Positions 21,911 to 31,500 of a stretch of 54,733 bases of DNA are shown piece by piece; the first letter of the stretch is position 1; each line of letters opens with the position of its first letter. A program made the translations under genes and the position numbers. Location: NCBI GenBank assembly GCA_964600395.1, contig CAZRLR010000002.1:1-54733 (forward strand), read 5' to 3'. Below the pieces are notes generated by a model. That model ran no database searches. It worked only from the letters and a program-made list of their open reading frames with translations, and was not told where the DNA came from. The DNA comes from an uncultured Conexibacter sp. (GTDB taxonomy: Bacteria > Actinomycetota > Thermoleophilia > Solirubrobacterales > Solirubrobacteraceae).

Positions 21911-22341
21911 GATCTCGACGAAAGCTCGACGCGGTCGTTGCGCTCGCGGTGGCGCTCTCGGTCGCCGCGACGGTGGCGCGCGCGAACCGCGACCTGTGGA
22001 CGCACCTCGTCGAGGTCGGCCCTGGGCACTCGACGTTCGAGGTGGTGTTGCCAACCGAGATCACGGGCACGCCCGACACGGCGGACCGCTGCACGGTCGA
22101 GAACGTGAGCGCGACGGGCGCCGGCAACGAGGTGGGTATTAGCTTCCGGTTCGTTGGAAACCGAGTGAGCCAGAGCGAGCAATCGCTGCTCCCTGCTGTC
22201 GATGGGATGCCTCCCTACGCAATCAACACCGCGGACTTTCGGCTCCCGCCGATCATGGGCGTGATCATCAACACCGACTCGTGCGACCTCGGGTGCGGGC
22301 GCACCGTGACGGTCGCGATTGCATGCGGGGTCCGCGACTGA
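21907..22341 (+). CDS. Signal-peptide, Cys-paired beta protein, paralog 2
   Basis: RSRRKLDAVVALAVALSVAATVARA leader; aligns with 21232 (TA.RC.V.N, SF..V, I.TD.CD.G, I.C). Confidence 0.78.
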   Translation: MRSRRKLDAVVALAVALSVAATVARANRDLWTHLVEVGPGHSTFEVVLPTEITGTPDTADRCTVENVSATGAGNEVGISFRFVGNRVSQSEQSLLPAVDGMPPYAINTADFRLPPIMGVIINTDSCDLGCGRTVTVAIACGVRD

Positions 22342-22367
22342 GACACGCGAGAGCGCACTATCGGTGA

Positions 22368-23213
22368 ATGCGCAAAATCATGATCCGCCTCCTCGCCCTC
22401 GCGGTCCTCTCGATCCCGCCCGTCGTCGGCGCGGAGCTGGTCGCCCGTCACGTGGCGCCGCCGGCCTCGCGCTTCGCGGCCCTGCCCGCGCCGCCGCCTG
22501 ATCTCGCGTGGCTGGAGCTGGAGAGCACGCCTACCTGCCACCGCTTCCGCTGGCATGGTGTGCTCCACGAGGATGGCCCGCACGGCTACCGCGGATGCGC
22601 CGACCCCGAGCCGCGGCCGGTGGTAGCCCTCGGCGACTCGTTCACGTGGGGGCACGGCGTGCGCGCGGAGGAGGCGTGGCCCGCGCTGCTTGGGGCCACG
22701 AACCTAGGGGTGCGCGGTGAGAACGCGACCGACACGCGGCAGCGGCTCGGACGGCTGGCGCCGTACTTCGAGCGAGCGCAGACGGTCGTACTCGGGGCGT
22801 GCCTCAACGACACCGGCGCCGCGTACTCGTTCGACGATCTCGCCAAGGCCCCGCTGCTCGATCGCTGGGCCGAGCGCTTCGCGCTTCTCAAGCGCGCTGG
22901 CTACGGGCGCAGCTACCGCCGCGAGAACGATCTCGGCTGGCGCGCGCGCGGCGAGCAGACGGTCCGCGACTGGCGCGCGATCTCGACGGCCGCACGCGAC
23001 GCATTGGCCCGCCCGATCGCTGTCGTGCTGGCGACTCCGGAGACGTCGAGCCGCGCGCTCGTGCGCGCGTTCGAGGCTGGTCTCGTGCGCGCCGGGTGGG
23101 AGGTGGTGCCTACGCCGCGCGTGGCGGCCCCTGGCGTGGTCTCGCGCTGGGAGGCGCACCCGAACGCGGCCGCTCACCGGGCGTTCGCTGCGGCGATCAG
23201 GGGGCGCCTGTGA
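22368..23213 (+). CDS. SGNH/GDSL hydrolase with signal peptide or anchor
   Basis: Blocks LGDSFTWG, NLGVRG, CLND and EAHPN; leader RKIMIRLLALAVLSIPPVVGA. Confidence 0.85.
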   Translation: MRKIMIRLLALAVLSIPPVVGAELVARHVAPPASRFAALPAPPPDLAWLELESTPTCHRFRWHGVLHEDGPHGYRGCADPEPRPVVALGDSFTWGHGVRAEEAWPALLGATNLGVRGENATDTRQRLGRLAPYFERAQTVVLGACLNDTGAAYSFDDLAKAPLLDRWAERFALLKRAGYGRSYRRENDLGWRARGEQTVRDWRAISTAARDALARPIAVVLATPETSSRALVRAFEAGLVRAGWEVVPTPRVAAPGVVSRWEAHPNAAAHRAFAAAIRGRL

Positions 23214-24778
23214 CGCGATTGCTCGTCGCGGCGCTCGCGCTGCTCACCCCGTCGTGGGCGCTCGCCGGATCGTGGGCGCTCGCCGACAACGCGGGCGGGC
23301 AGACCACGTCGTACTACTACTCGCCCTGCGAGCACGACGGGATCGCGTACCTGCCAGCCGGGACTGGCAACGACCTCTACGTCGTGTCGAGCGACACGTG
23401 GTCTACGATCGCGCGGCCGTCCACGTCGGAGCTTCTCTCGTGCTCGTGGGACGCGAGCACGTCGAGCCTCGTCGTCACCGGCACCGACTCGACGACGCGG
23501 CTCGTCGCTTCGTTCTGGTACTCGACGCTCCCTATCTCGTCGTGGACTGGCCCGCGCACGCTCGCAAACAACGGGCGAATCCGCGGGCTCTTCAAGGGGA
23601 CGTCAGCGTACTTCATGGGGACGTCGTCTTCGGTCGGGACCGTGGGGCGGCTTCTCACGTCGAGCGCCATGACAGCGAACCCGACGAGCCACTCGGACAT
23701 CACGACCGACGCCGATACGATGATCGGCTGGACCGTCGCGACGCACGTAGTCGCGGGGTTCAACTTCGCAGCGGCAGGCCGTGCCGATAGCACCGTGTCG
23801 TTTCGAGGGTGGGACGACGGCGGGACGGCGCTCTTCGCCACTGTCAACACGACCGGAGTTTCGACGAACAGTTACGTCTCGGTCGTCGAGCCTTTCTCGT
23901 CGGAGTCGCTCGGGATCGCGCTCATCACGAATCTCTCGAATGCGTCGCGCGTGCTCGGGGTGGATTCGTCTGGGACGAAGATCATCGACCAAGACCTCGG
24001 CGCCGCCGTCTTCTGGGGCGGCGTCGAGTGGAATGGGGCGTTTTACATCCAGCGCGGCGACGGACAGGTCTGGAAATCGACCGGTGGAGATTTCGCCAAC
24101 GTATCCGCGATGGAGCTGTCCGGAGAATCCGGAACGTTGACCTCGTTTTTCAAGATCGGGAGTGACTTCTACACCGCGACCGGCGCCGGCGAGCTGTGGA
24201 AGTGGACATCGACGGGTCCGACGGCCGCGTTCTCGTGCACGCCTACGACGGGCGTTGGCGCGCAGTCGGTCGCTTGCACGGACGCCAGCGCGGCCGGCGA
24301 TGCGGCAATCACTGCGTGGTCGTGGACGGGCGATTGCGGCACGTCGTCGAGCCAGTCGCCGACGCTCTCGTGCCCGGTCGGCGCCAACGACATCACGCTA
24401 ACCGTCACGACGGCGGTTGGCTCGGACCAGGAAGCGAAAAGCAACTACGTCAACCTGGCGCCGCTCGCGGCGTTCTCGTGCACGCCGCTGAGCGGCGAGG
24501 CCCCGCTCGAGATCGCATGCACAGATGCGAGCTCCGGCGCGTCTTCGTGGCTGTGGGGATTCGACGACGGAGAGTTTTCGTCGGACCAGAATCCGACGCA
24601 CATCTACGCTGTGGCGGAGTCATACACAATTGAGCTAACCGCGACCGGCGCAGGCGGTTCAGACATGGAGGTAAAGACAGATTACGTGACGGTTTCGCCA
24701 GCGCCTTCTACGCAACACGCTCCACTGCCCCGCGGCTTCCGGCCGTGCGGCTTAATGCTCGACTCGTGCGAGGACTGA
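23210..24778 (+). CDS. Signal-peptide Ser/Thr-rich beta protein with two PKD domains
   Basis: TRLLVAALALLTPSWALA leader; two P.AAFSCTP..G....CTDAS repeats; WLWGFDDG..S.DQNPTHIY PKD motif. Confidence 0.82.
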   Translation: MTRLLVAALALLTPSWALAGSWALADNAGGQTTSYYYSPCEHDGIAYLPAGTGNDLYVVSSDTWSTIARPSTSELLSCSWDASTSSLVVTGTDSTTRLVASFWYSTLPISSWTGPRTLANNGRIRGLFKGTSAYFMGTSSSVGTVGRLLTSSAMTANPTSHSDITTDADTMIGWTVATHVVAGFNFAAAGRADSTVSFRGWDDGGTALFATVNTTGVSTNSYVSVVEPFSSESLGIALITNLSNASRVLGVDSSGTKIIDQDLGAAVFWGGVEWNGAFYIQRGDGQVWKSTGGDFANVSAMELSGESGTLTSFFKIGSDFYTATGAGELWKWTSTGPTAAFSCTPTTGVGAQSVACTDASAAGDAAITAWSWTGDCGTSSSQSPTLSCPVGANDITLTVTTAVGSDQEAKSNYVNLAPLAAFSCTPLSGEAPLEIACTDASSGASSWLWGFDDGEFSSDQNPTHIYAVAESYTIELTATGAGGSDMEVKTDYVTVSPAPSTQHAPLPRGFRPCGLMLDSCED

Positions 24779-24782
24779 CGTC

Positions 24783-25382
24783 GTGGCGCTGATCACGCTT
24801 GTCTCCGTCAAGGCGAAGCTCGGAATCGCCACGACCGATACGAGCCGTGACGAGCAGATCTCCGCGCTACTCGCTGGCGCGCAGTCGCACGTCGAGACGG
24901 CGACGTGCCGCTACGAGGTTGGCGATACGGCGACGGTCGAGATTTACGACGGCACCGGCGGCGAGGAGCTGTTGCTCAAGACTCCATGGACGGTGATAGA
25001 CGACGACCACCCGTTCGAGCTGCGAGTCGACTCGGCGCGTGTGTTCGGACACGATACCATCGTCGACCCAGACGACTATGACGCGGGCGCTACCGACGAG
25101 GCGTTCGGGGTCATCTTCTACGAGGGCTCGTTTCCCACGACGAAGCGCTCCGTCCGAGTCTCGCGCTTCCCGGGATTTCTCGCGGCCGACTACCCGGCGG
25201 ACCTGCTCGACGTCATGGCCGAGCTGTGCGCCTTGATGGCGAACCGTGCCAACGCGGCGGGGCTCTCGACGCAGTCTATCGGCCAGTGGTCGGAGAGCTA
25301 CGCACAGCTCGAGAGCGCGCACCTATCGCTTAAATCCAAGATGGCGCTCGAAAACCACGCGCCGCCGCCGGAGGCGATGTGA
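24783..25382 (+). CDS. Head-tail adaptor (gp6/gp15-like)
   Basis: LITLVSVKAKLGI..D..I..LL...E..TCR, YDGTG, PADL, SIGQWSESY. Confidence 0.8.
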   Translation: MALITLVSVKAKLGIATTDTSRDEQISALLAGAQSHVETATCRYEVGDTATVEIYDGTGGEELLLKTPWTVIDDDHPFELRVDSARVFGHDTIVDPDDYDAGATDEAFGVIFYEGSFPTTKRSVRVSRFPGFLAADYPADLLDVMAELCALMANRANAAGLSTQSIGQWSESYAQLESAHLSLKSKMALENHAPPPEAM

Positions 25383-25482
25383 GGCCAATCGAGCGTCGAC
25401 TCCGCCGCGACGTGCGCGTCCTGTGCTGGGGCTACTGGATCGCACTTTTTGCGCTCTGGGCTGCGTGCGTGGGAACGACGCC

Positions 25483-25818
25483 ATGACGTCGCTTCGCGCC
25501 TACAACCTGCGGGCGACGATCAAGCGCCCGACGCAGACGACGAGCGCGAGCGGCGCCGTCACGGAGACGCCGGTCGTCGTCGCGCTCGACGTGCCGTGCG
25601 CGCGGCAGCCGATTACGGAAAATCTCAAGCGCTACGTGCCGGGCGATATCGCGGTGTGCTCGACCTTCTTCGCGTGTGCCGTCTCGGTGGATTTGCGGCA
25701 CGGCGACCGCGTCGAGGTCGGCGACTTCGTCGATCGCGTCGAGGCGCTGAGCGACGCCGCGGGGCGCGGGCACCACTGGGAGGCGGGGCTCGTGCGGCTC
25801 CGCGAGGACGAGCCGTGA
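25483..25818 (+). CDS. Head closure/stopper protein
   Basis: ATIKRP...SG...DVPCA, LRHGDRV, GHHWE; position in the neck module. Confidence 0.75.
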   Translation: MTSLRAYNLRATIKRPTQTTSASGAVTETPVVVALDVPCARQPITENLKRYVPGDIAVCSTFFACAVSVDLRHGDRVEVGDFVDRVEALSDAAGRGHHWEAGLVRLREDEP

Positions 25819-26261
25819 TCAAGCTCACGCTCAACGGGCGGCTACTCGACCAGGTGAAAGCCAAGCAGGCGCGTGCCATGAGCGCTGTCGGCGGCGAGTT
25901 TCTCCGCGACATGGCGAGCACTCTTGGCAACAGCCCGGCGCGGACGGGGAACACGTACGACTTCTACAAGGGGCACCTCCGACGCTGGCAGCCACCCCAG
26001 AAACTCCGCGGCCGTGTACACGTCGCGTCGCGCATCGGCGAGCCGCCCGCGCTCCTGACTGGCGACCTGCGGCGGCGCCGTGCGTCGCGTCTCAGCCACG
26101 ACGGCGAAACGATGGTGCTCTCGTTTGGCTCCAACGTGCCGTACGCGCGGCGGCTGGAGCTCGAAGAGGGAAAGGAGCGCCCCGCCTGGCAGCGCACGTG
26201 GTCGCAGAACCGCCGCCGCTACGGCGCGGTCTTCGAGATCGTTTTCAAAAGGGCAGCATGA
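25815..26261 (+). CDS. Tail completion protein (HK97 gp10-like)
   Basis: GEPPALLTGDLRR, GSNVPYARRLE, RPAW. Confidence 0.78.
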   Translation: MIKLTLNGRLLDQVKAKQARAMSAVGGEFLRDMASTLGNSPARTGNTYDFYKGHLRRWQPPQKLRGRVHVASRIGEPPALLTGDLRRRRASRLSHDGETMVLSFGSNVPYARRLELEEGKERPAWQRTWSQNRRRYGAVFEIVFKRAA

Positions 26262-26390
26262 AGCCCACAGCACTGAGCGCGCCCGCGGACCACCGGGCGA
26301 AGCACGGCCCTTCCTCCCCGTGTAAGCCCGTCGCTTCGGCGCGGGCGGTCGCGACGGAGCCCGTGTGCGCGCTCAACGGTGGGGGCGCCC

Positions 26391-26822
26391 GTGCCTGATC
26401 TCAACGCGCTCGAGGCGGGCGTGCTGGCCGTGATGCACGGCGACGCGACCCTGACGGCGATCGTCCCGGCGGCGCGCATCCTCGACGCCTATCAGCGAAA
26501 GCTCGGCACGAAGACGCAGCCCGGCACGCCGCTACCGTGTATCGGTGTTTCTCTCAACGTCGATCCGCGGCCGTACCAGCAAGGCGCGATGTGCTCGTTC
26601 GATGTGCTCTTCGCTGTCGAAGCGTGGGCCGTGAGTAGCGACACGCTCCGCTCTATCGCTGGTCGCGTGATGGACATCTACGCGGGCGCCGGCATCACGG
26701 CTGCGGGGTTTCGCACGTACCCGGCCACGATCGAGAACGGCGGCTCGCATATGTACGACGAAGCCACAGGTGTGCACCGGTGGATCGTCAGCGTTTCATT
26801 CGATGCGAGCCCGGCCACGTAG
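26391..26822 (+). CDS. Tail terminator protein
   Basis: L...DATLTAIV..RI, PLPCI; position before the tail tube gene. Confidence 0.72.
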   Translation: MPDLNALEAGVLAVMHGDATLTAIVPAARILDAYQRKLGTKTQPGTPLPCIGVSLNVDPRPYQQGAMCSFDVLFAVEAWAVSSDTLRSIAGRVMDIYAGAGITAAGFRTYPATIENGGSHMYDEATGVHRWIVSVSFDASPAT

Positions 26823-26850
26823 CCGGTGAAGGAAAGAAGGAGAGAAGGAG

Positions 26851-27381
26851 ATGACCGATACCACGATGGCCAGGATGGGGCCGGTCGCAGTCGTGATCGC
26901 CGGAACGGACATGGGGGGGACGGTCGGCCCGAGCGCGATCGGCTTTCGGTTCACCGACGCGCCGCTCTACTTCCAACAGAACGGAAGCGAGCCGATCGAC
27001 ATGAACCGCACCGGCTTTGGCGCGACGCTGAAGTGGGCGTTCGGGGAGGTGGCGGATCTCGACATCCTCGTGATTGGCTTCCCGGGCGAGGCCGTCGTCA
27101 CGGACGGCACGAAGAAGCGCATCAGCATGACGGGCCAAATCGGCATGCAGGCGCAGCGTGACTCGAAGTGGGTGAAGGCCGTTCTCAAGCCGTACGAGGC
27201 TGGTGCGCCGACGGCCGACGCGAACGAATGGATCACTGCACCGCGGGCCTTCGTCAAGGCGACCGGGGACTACTCGGTCGGGCTTGGCGAGCAGATGGCG
27301 CTGAGCGTCGAGGCCGAGTGCCTTCCGGACACGACCAACAGCAACGTCCGGCTGATCTTCGGCGACGAGACGGCGGTCTGA
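26851..27381 (+). CDS. Major tail (tube) protein
   Basis: Strong AAGGAG RBS; MGP..V...GTDMGGT.G motif; 176 aa; position. Confidence 0.75.
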   Translation: MTDTTMARMGPVAVVIAGTDMGGTVGPSAIGFRFTDAPLYFQQNGSEPIDMNRTGFGATLKWAFGEVADLDILVIGFPGEAVVTDGTKKRISMTGQIGMQAQRDSKWVKAVLKPYEAGAPTADANEWITAPRAFVKATGDYSVGLGEQMALSVEAECLPDTTNSNVRLIFGDETAV

Positions 27382-27469
27382 TGACGTGAGGTGAGCGACT
27401 TCACGACACGAACGAAAAGCAGCGCGACGCGGCGACCGACCCGCCGTTAGCGCTTGGAGGAGGGGGACT

Positions 27470-27862
27470 ATGAGAGAGGTGCCGGTTTTTACTTTCGGCA
27501 ACACGCCCGACGCCGTGATCCGTCTCGGTGGCGATCGGGAGTTCCCGGTAAAGAAGATCCAGCGGCGCCCCATCAGGGTGCGCGAGCAGGTCAAGCAGGC
27601 GTTCGATGGCATCCGCGAGGCGGGCGCCGACGAGCTCGTGTTGCGCGCGAAGGTCGTCGAGTTGCTGCGGCTGCTCGTGTGTGACGAGGCGGCCGATCTC
27701 GTGAAGGACGACGAGGAGACGTACCCGACGCTCGACCTTATCGCGATCGTGCGGCGCGTCCAGGACCCGGAGGCCGACGAGGACCCTTTCCCGAAGGCGG
27801 CGCCTCGCCTGCCCGTGGAGGTCGTCGAGAGATCCACTGGTGCCGAGTCGTCGCCCAGCTAG
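27470..27862 (+). CDS. Tail assembly chaperone (G-like)
   Basis: Between tail tube and tape measure; contains a slippery heptamer. Confidence 0.75.
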   Translation: MREVPVFTFGNTPDAVIRLGGDREFPVKKIQRRPIRVREQVKQAFDGIREAGADELVLRAKVVELLRLLVCDEAADLVKDDEETYPTLDLIAIVRRVQDPEADEDPFPKAAPRLPVEVVERSTGAESSPS

Positions 27863-28182
27863 TAATGCGATGCGGATACACGGCCGAAGCGGCGTGGGAC
27901 GAGGAGAGCGGATGGGCGCTCTTTCTGCTGGAGCAAGCCGACGCCGTCGAGGCGAAGCGGACGCTCGATTTCGTGACGGCGTGCTCGGTGCCGCACATGA
28001 AGGACAAGAGCCGCGCCGACACGCTCGACCACCTGCGGACGCTCGCGAGCGATCTCGAGATCGTCGAGGAGATTCCCGAGGGGCAAGAGCACTGGACAGC
28101 GGAAGATCGGTTCTGGAAGCGCCAGCGCGCGCGGGTGCGCTCGTGGTTCTTCGGAAAGACGAAAGGTAAGGGCCGTGCGTAA
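27470..28182 (+). CDS. Tail assembly chaperone GT-like -1 frameshift product
   Basis: After C CCT TTC the -1 frame is open (PFPEGG...IHWCRVVAQLVMRCGYTAEAAW...) into the 27865..28182 ORF. Confidence 0.75.
27784..27790 (+). promoter_or_regulatory. Programmed -1 ribosomal frameshift site C CCT TTC
   Basis: X XXY YYZ pattern in the correct frame (CCT codon at 27785). Confidence 0.75.
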
Positions 28183-28525
28183 CACGCGATTCGATCAACG
28201 GCTCGGTATGCCGGCTTTCATCAACATCGATGAGCGCGCGTGGCTCAAGCACGCGGTGCGCGACGCGACGCGCGGGGAGTTCTACAAGGCGAAGCTGTTG
28301 CAGGCAGCTAAGGAGTATCTCGCGTGCCTCGACGAGCGGACGGGCGCGGTACTGACGATGGTTTCACAGCGGGGCGACGTGGCGGGATCGATCCACATCG
28401 ATTGGCAGCCGCGCGACGTGGTGCGCGGGATTCGGGAACTGAGCGATACGGAGGCGCAGGAGATCGCGCGCAAGAAGGGTTACCCGAACGCACGCCCGCG
28501 GGAAGTGAAGATCTACGAGGGGTGA
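28175..28525 (+). CDS. Hypothetical protein between the chaperones and tape measure
   Basis: Overlapping, coupled ORF. Confidence 0.65.
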   Translation: MRNTRFDQRLGMPAFINIDERAWLKHAVRDATRGEFYKAKLLQAAKEYLACLDERTGAVLTMVSQRGDVAGSIHIDWQPRDVVRGIRELSDTEAQEIARKKGYPNARPREVKIYEG

Positions 28526-28526
28526 G

Positions 28527-31500
28527 ATGGCCGGCGAACAACTCGACCTCGGCACCGCTGTCCTCGAGCTTCGCGCCGTCGGCGACCAGCTACGCGCCGA
28601 CATTGCGCGCGTGGGCGCTGACGTGCAGTCGGCGCTCAAGCCGATCGAGAAGCAGACCAGCATCACAGGCCAGGCGATCGGGACCGCGCTCGGGAACGGC
28701 ATCACGCTCGCCGCTCGCGCGGCAATGAACGCGGTCGGAGACATAGCGCGCTTCTCCGCCGGAGTCGTCGCTTCCGGCGACGAGATCCTCGAATCATCCA
28801 AGAAGACCGGCATCGCAACCGAGATGCTTGGTGGCCTGCGGTTCGCTGCCGAGAAGGCGGGCGTCTCGCAGGGCCAGCTAGATATGGCGCTGCGCGAACT
28901 AAATATCGGAATGACGCAGTTTTCGTCAGGCGTGGAGGGCGCGGGCAAGGGGTTTAAGGCGCTCGGAATCACGGCCGACGACGTCAACCCGCTACTGCAC
29001 TCGACAGACGAGGTTCTGTTCACCGTTATCGAGGCGCTACGTGGAATCGAAGATCCCGCCGTGCGCGCTGCTGTGTCCGCGGAGATCTTCGGCAAGCGAG
29101 TCGGGCCAGAGTTGGCGTCGTTCGTCGATCAGGGAACGGGCGCCATCAAGGAACAGATCGAAGTTGCGAAGCTCATGGGGATCACGTTCACGGGCGAGGC
29201 AGCCGCAGCGGCGGACTCGCTCTCGGACAACTTCACGGATCTACGGGGCAACGTCGAGGGGCTCGGCACGCAGGTTATCCAGGGGCTCATCCCCGGAGTG
29301 GATGCGCTCGTTGTTGACGTGAACCGGTGGTTCGTTGCGAACCGAGACTTGCTCACGCAGGACGTGAAGGGCTTCATCTCTGGGATCATCGATGCGGCTC
29401 GATCTGGTGCCGAGTGGATCGGTGTTCTACGCGACATGCTGCACAGCTTGCCGGGCGCGAGTCAGGCGGCGGCATTCGACAGCATCATCAGTGACCAGTC
29501 GATCAACGCGCTCGAGGGAACGCTCTCTGGGCTGCGTAGCGAGTGGAACAACCTCCAGGCAGATCTACAGAACGACCCAGGCAATGAAGCGCTCTCTTCG
29601 CGTTCGGCGGAACTGCAAGACAAGATGGCCCGCGTCAACGCGGAGCTGAGCAAGGCGCAGGCAGAGAACAGAACGACGAGTACGACCGCGAAAGGTCTTG
29701 CTGACGCGCTCGGAGAAACAGGCGCCGCCGCGACGCACACAAACGTCAACCTCGGCGCGCTTGCGGGCGGGAGCAAGGCAGCAACCGAAGCCGCCAAGGA
29801 GCAGCGCGAAGCGCTCTCCGACCTCCGCGAGTCCCTCTCGCAAGCCGAGGACACGTACAAGGACGCGGCCCGCAGCGCCGGCTCGCTCTCGGAAGCGCTC
29901 GACCTGAACGGCGAGTGGTACCGCAAGGCGACCGCCGAAGTCGAGGCGATGAACATCGCCGACGACGAGCAGACGAAACTCCTCCACGACCTCGACGTCA
30001 AGCACAAGGAGCACGCACGGACACTCAAGGAGGATTTCGGCCAGGCTGCGGAAGAGGCCGCTGATGCAGCGGCACAGCTCACGGAAGAACTGGCCGGAAT
30101 CCGCGAGGAGTCGAATCAGCTCGACATCGCGGAGGCGATCGAGCGCGGGGACCCGCGGCGTGCGCTCGGCCTGATCGAGACGGGCGCGCGCGACGCGGCG
30201 GTTGCGCTCGAAGCGGTGGCGCGGGCCGAGGTGTACGGGCCGATGACGGAGCAGTCCGTCGAGGCGATGCAGCTCGGGCTCCGGAAGATCGCGACCGATG
30301 CGAAGAAGGCGGCGGAGGACGTCAAGAGGGAGTTTGGAGATCTTGGCATCCTCCTCGAGGACGCTGCAAAGGCGATCGGCGACTCCATGGCCGAGACGCT
30401 TGGGTCGGCGCTCGTCGAGGGAGAATGGGACGACGTCGGGGACGAGCTGCTTGGGATTTTGAAGAGCACGATCGCTGACGTGGTTTCGGATCTCCTCAAG
30501 GCGAATCTGTTTCGGCCGCTCGTCAACTCGCTGGTCGGAGTATTTTCCGGAACGGACATCGGGAGCGGCATCTTCTCTGGTCTCGCGGGCACGCTCGGAT
30601 CCGTGCTGCCCGGTGCATTCACGAGCGGCGCGGAGGGCGCGAGTGGTTCAATCGTCGCGAGCCTCTCGCCGGAGCTTGGCGGCACGATGGCCGAAGTGGG
30701 CGCGACGGCCGGCGAGGCGGGCGGTGTTGCGGCTGGCGCTGCCTGGACGGGCGCAGCATCCGCCGGAATCGTCGCCGGAGCCGGGCTCGTCGGCAAAGGC
30801 ATTTACGACATGTTCTCGGGGCAGGAGGTCCGCGGCGCCGTCGAGTCGGGCCTCGCTTTCGCGTTCGTGACAGGTGGCGCGTCGCTGATTCCGGCGCTTG
30901 TTATGGATCTGTTTGGAATTGGCGAACCATCGCAGGCGACGCAGATTTCGACGCACCTCCGTAAGATGATCGCCGACTCGCTCGGCAACGCCGACATCGG
31001 AGCCGGTATCGTGGCCGGCCTCGGCGAGATCGGCGTTCCCGTCACCGAGGAGATTATCAAGCAGATCACGCGCGCGCCGCGGTCGGGCGCGTTCGTGCGC
31101 GAGGCGTTCGCGTCGCTCGGTCCGGAATTGCAGGCTGGCGCGTCCGAGGAGCTGCGAAAGTTCATCAACGGCGAGGGCAACGCGACCAACGCGCTCACGA
31201 TGGACGACTTCATCCTCCTGCTCTTCCCCGAGATGACCGACGACTCGGCGCTCCGCTCGTCGTTGCAAGCGATCGGGCAGCAGGCGGCCTCGCTCGAAGG
31301 GCTCACGGGTCGGCAGGCGATCGACTTCGCCGACGAATTCGCAAAGGGCCAGCTCGTTCTTGCCGACTCGCTCGGGCTCACGAACGAGCAGCTGATGGCG
31401 TACCTCGACGCCACGGCCAACGGCATGGGCGCGTCGATCGAGTCGTGGCGCGCGCTCGAGGAAGCGCAGATCGCGCTCAAGGAGTCGGGGAACTTCGACG

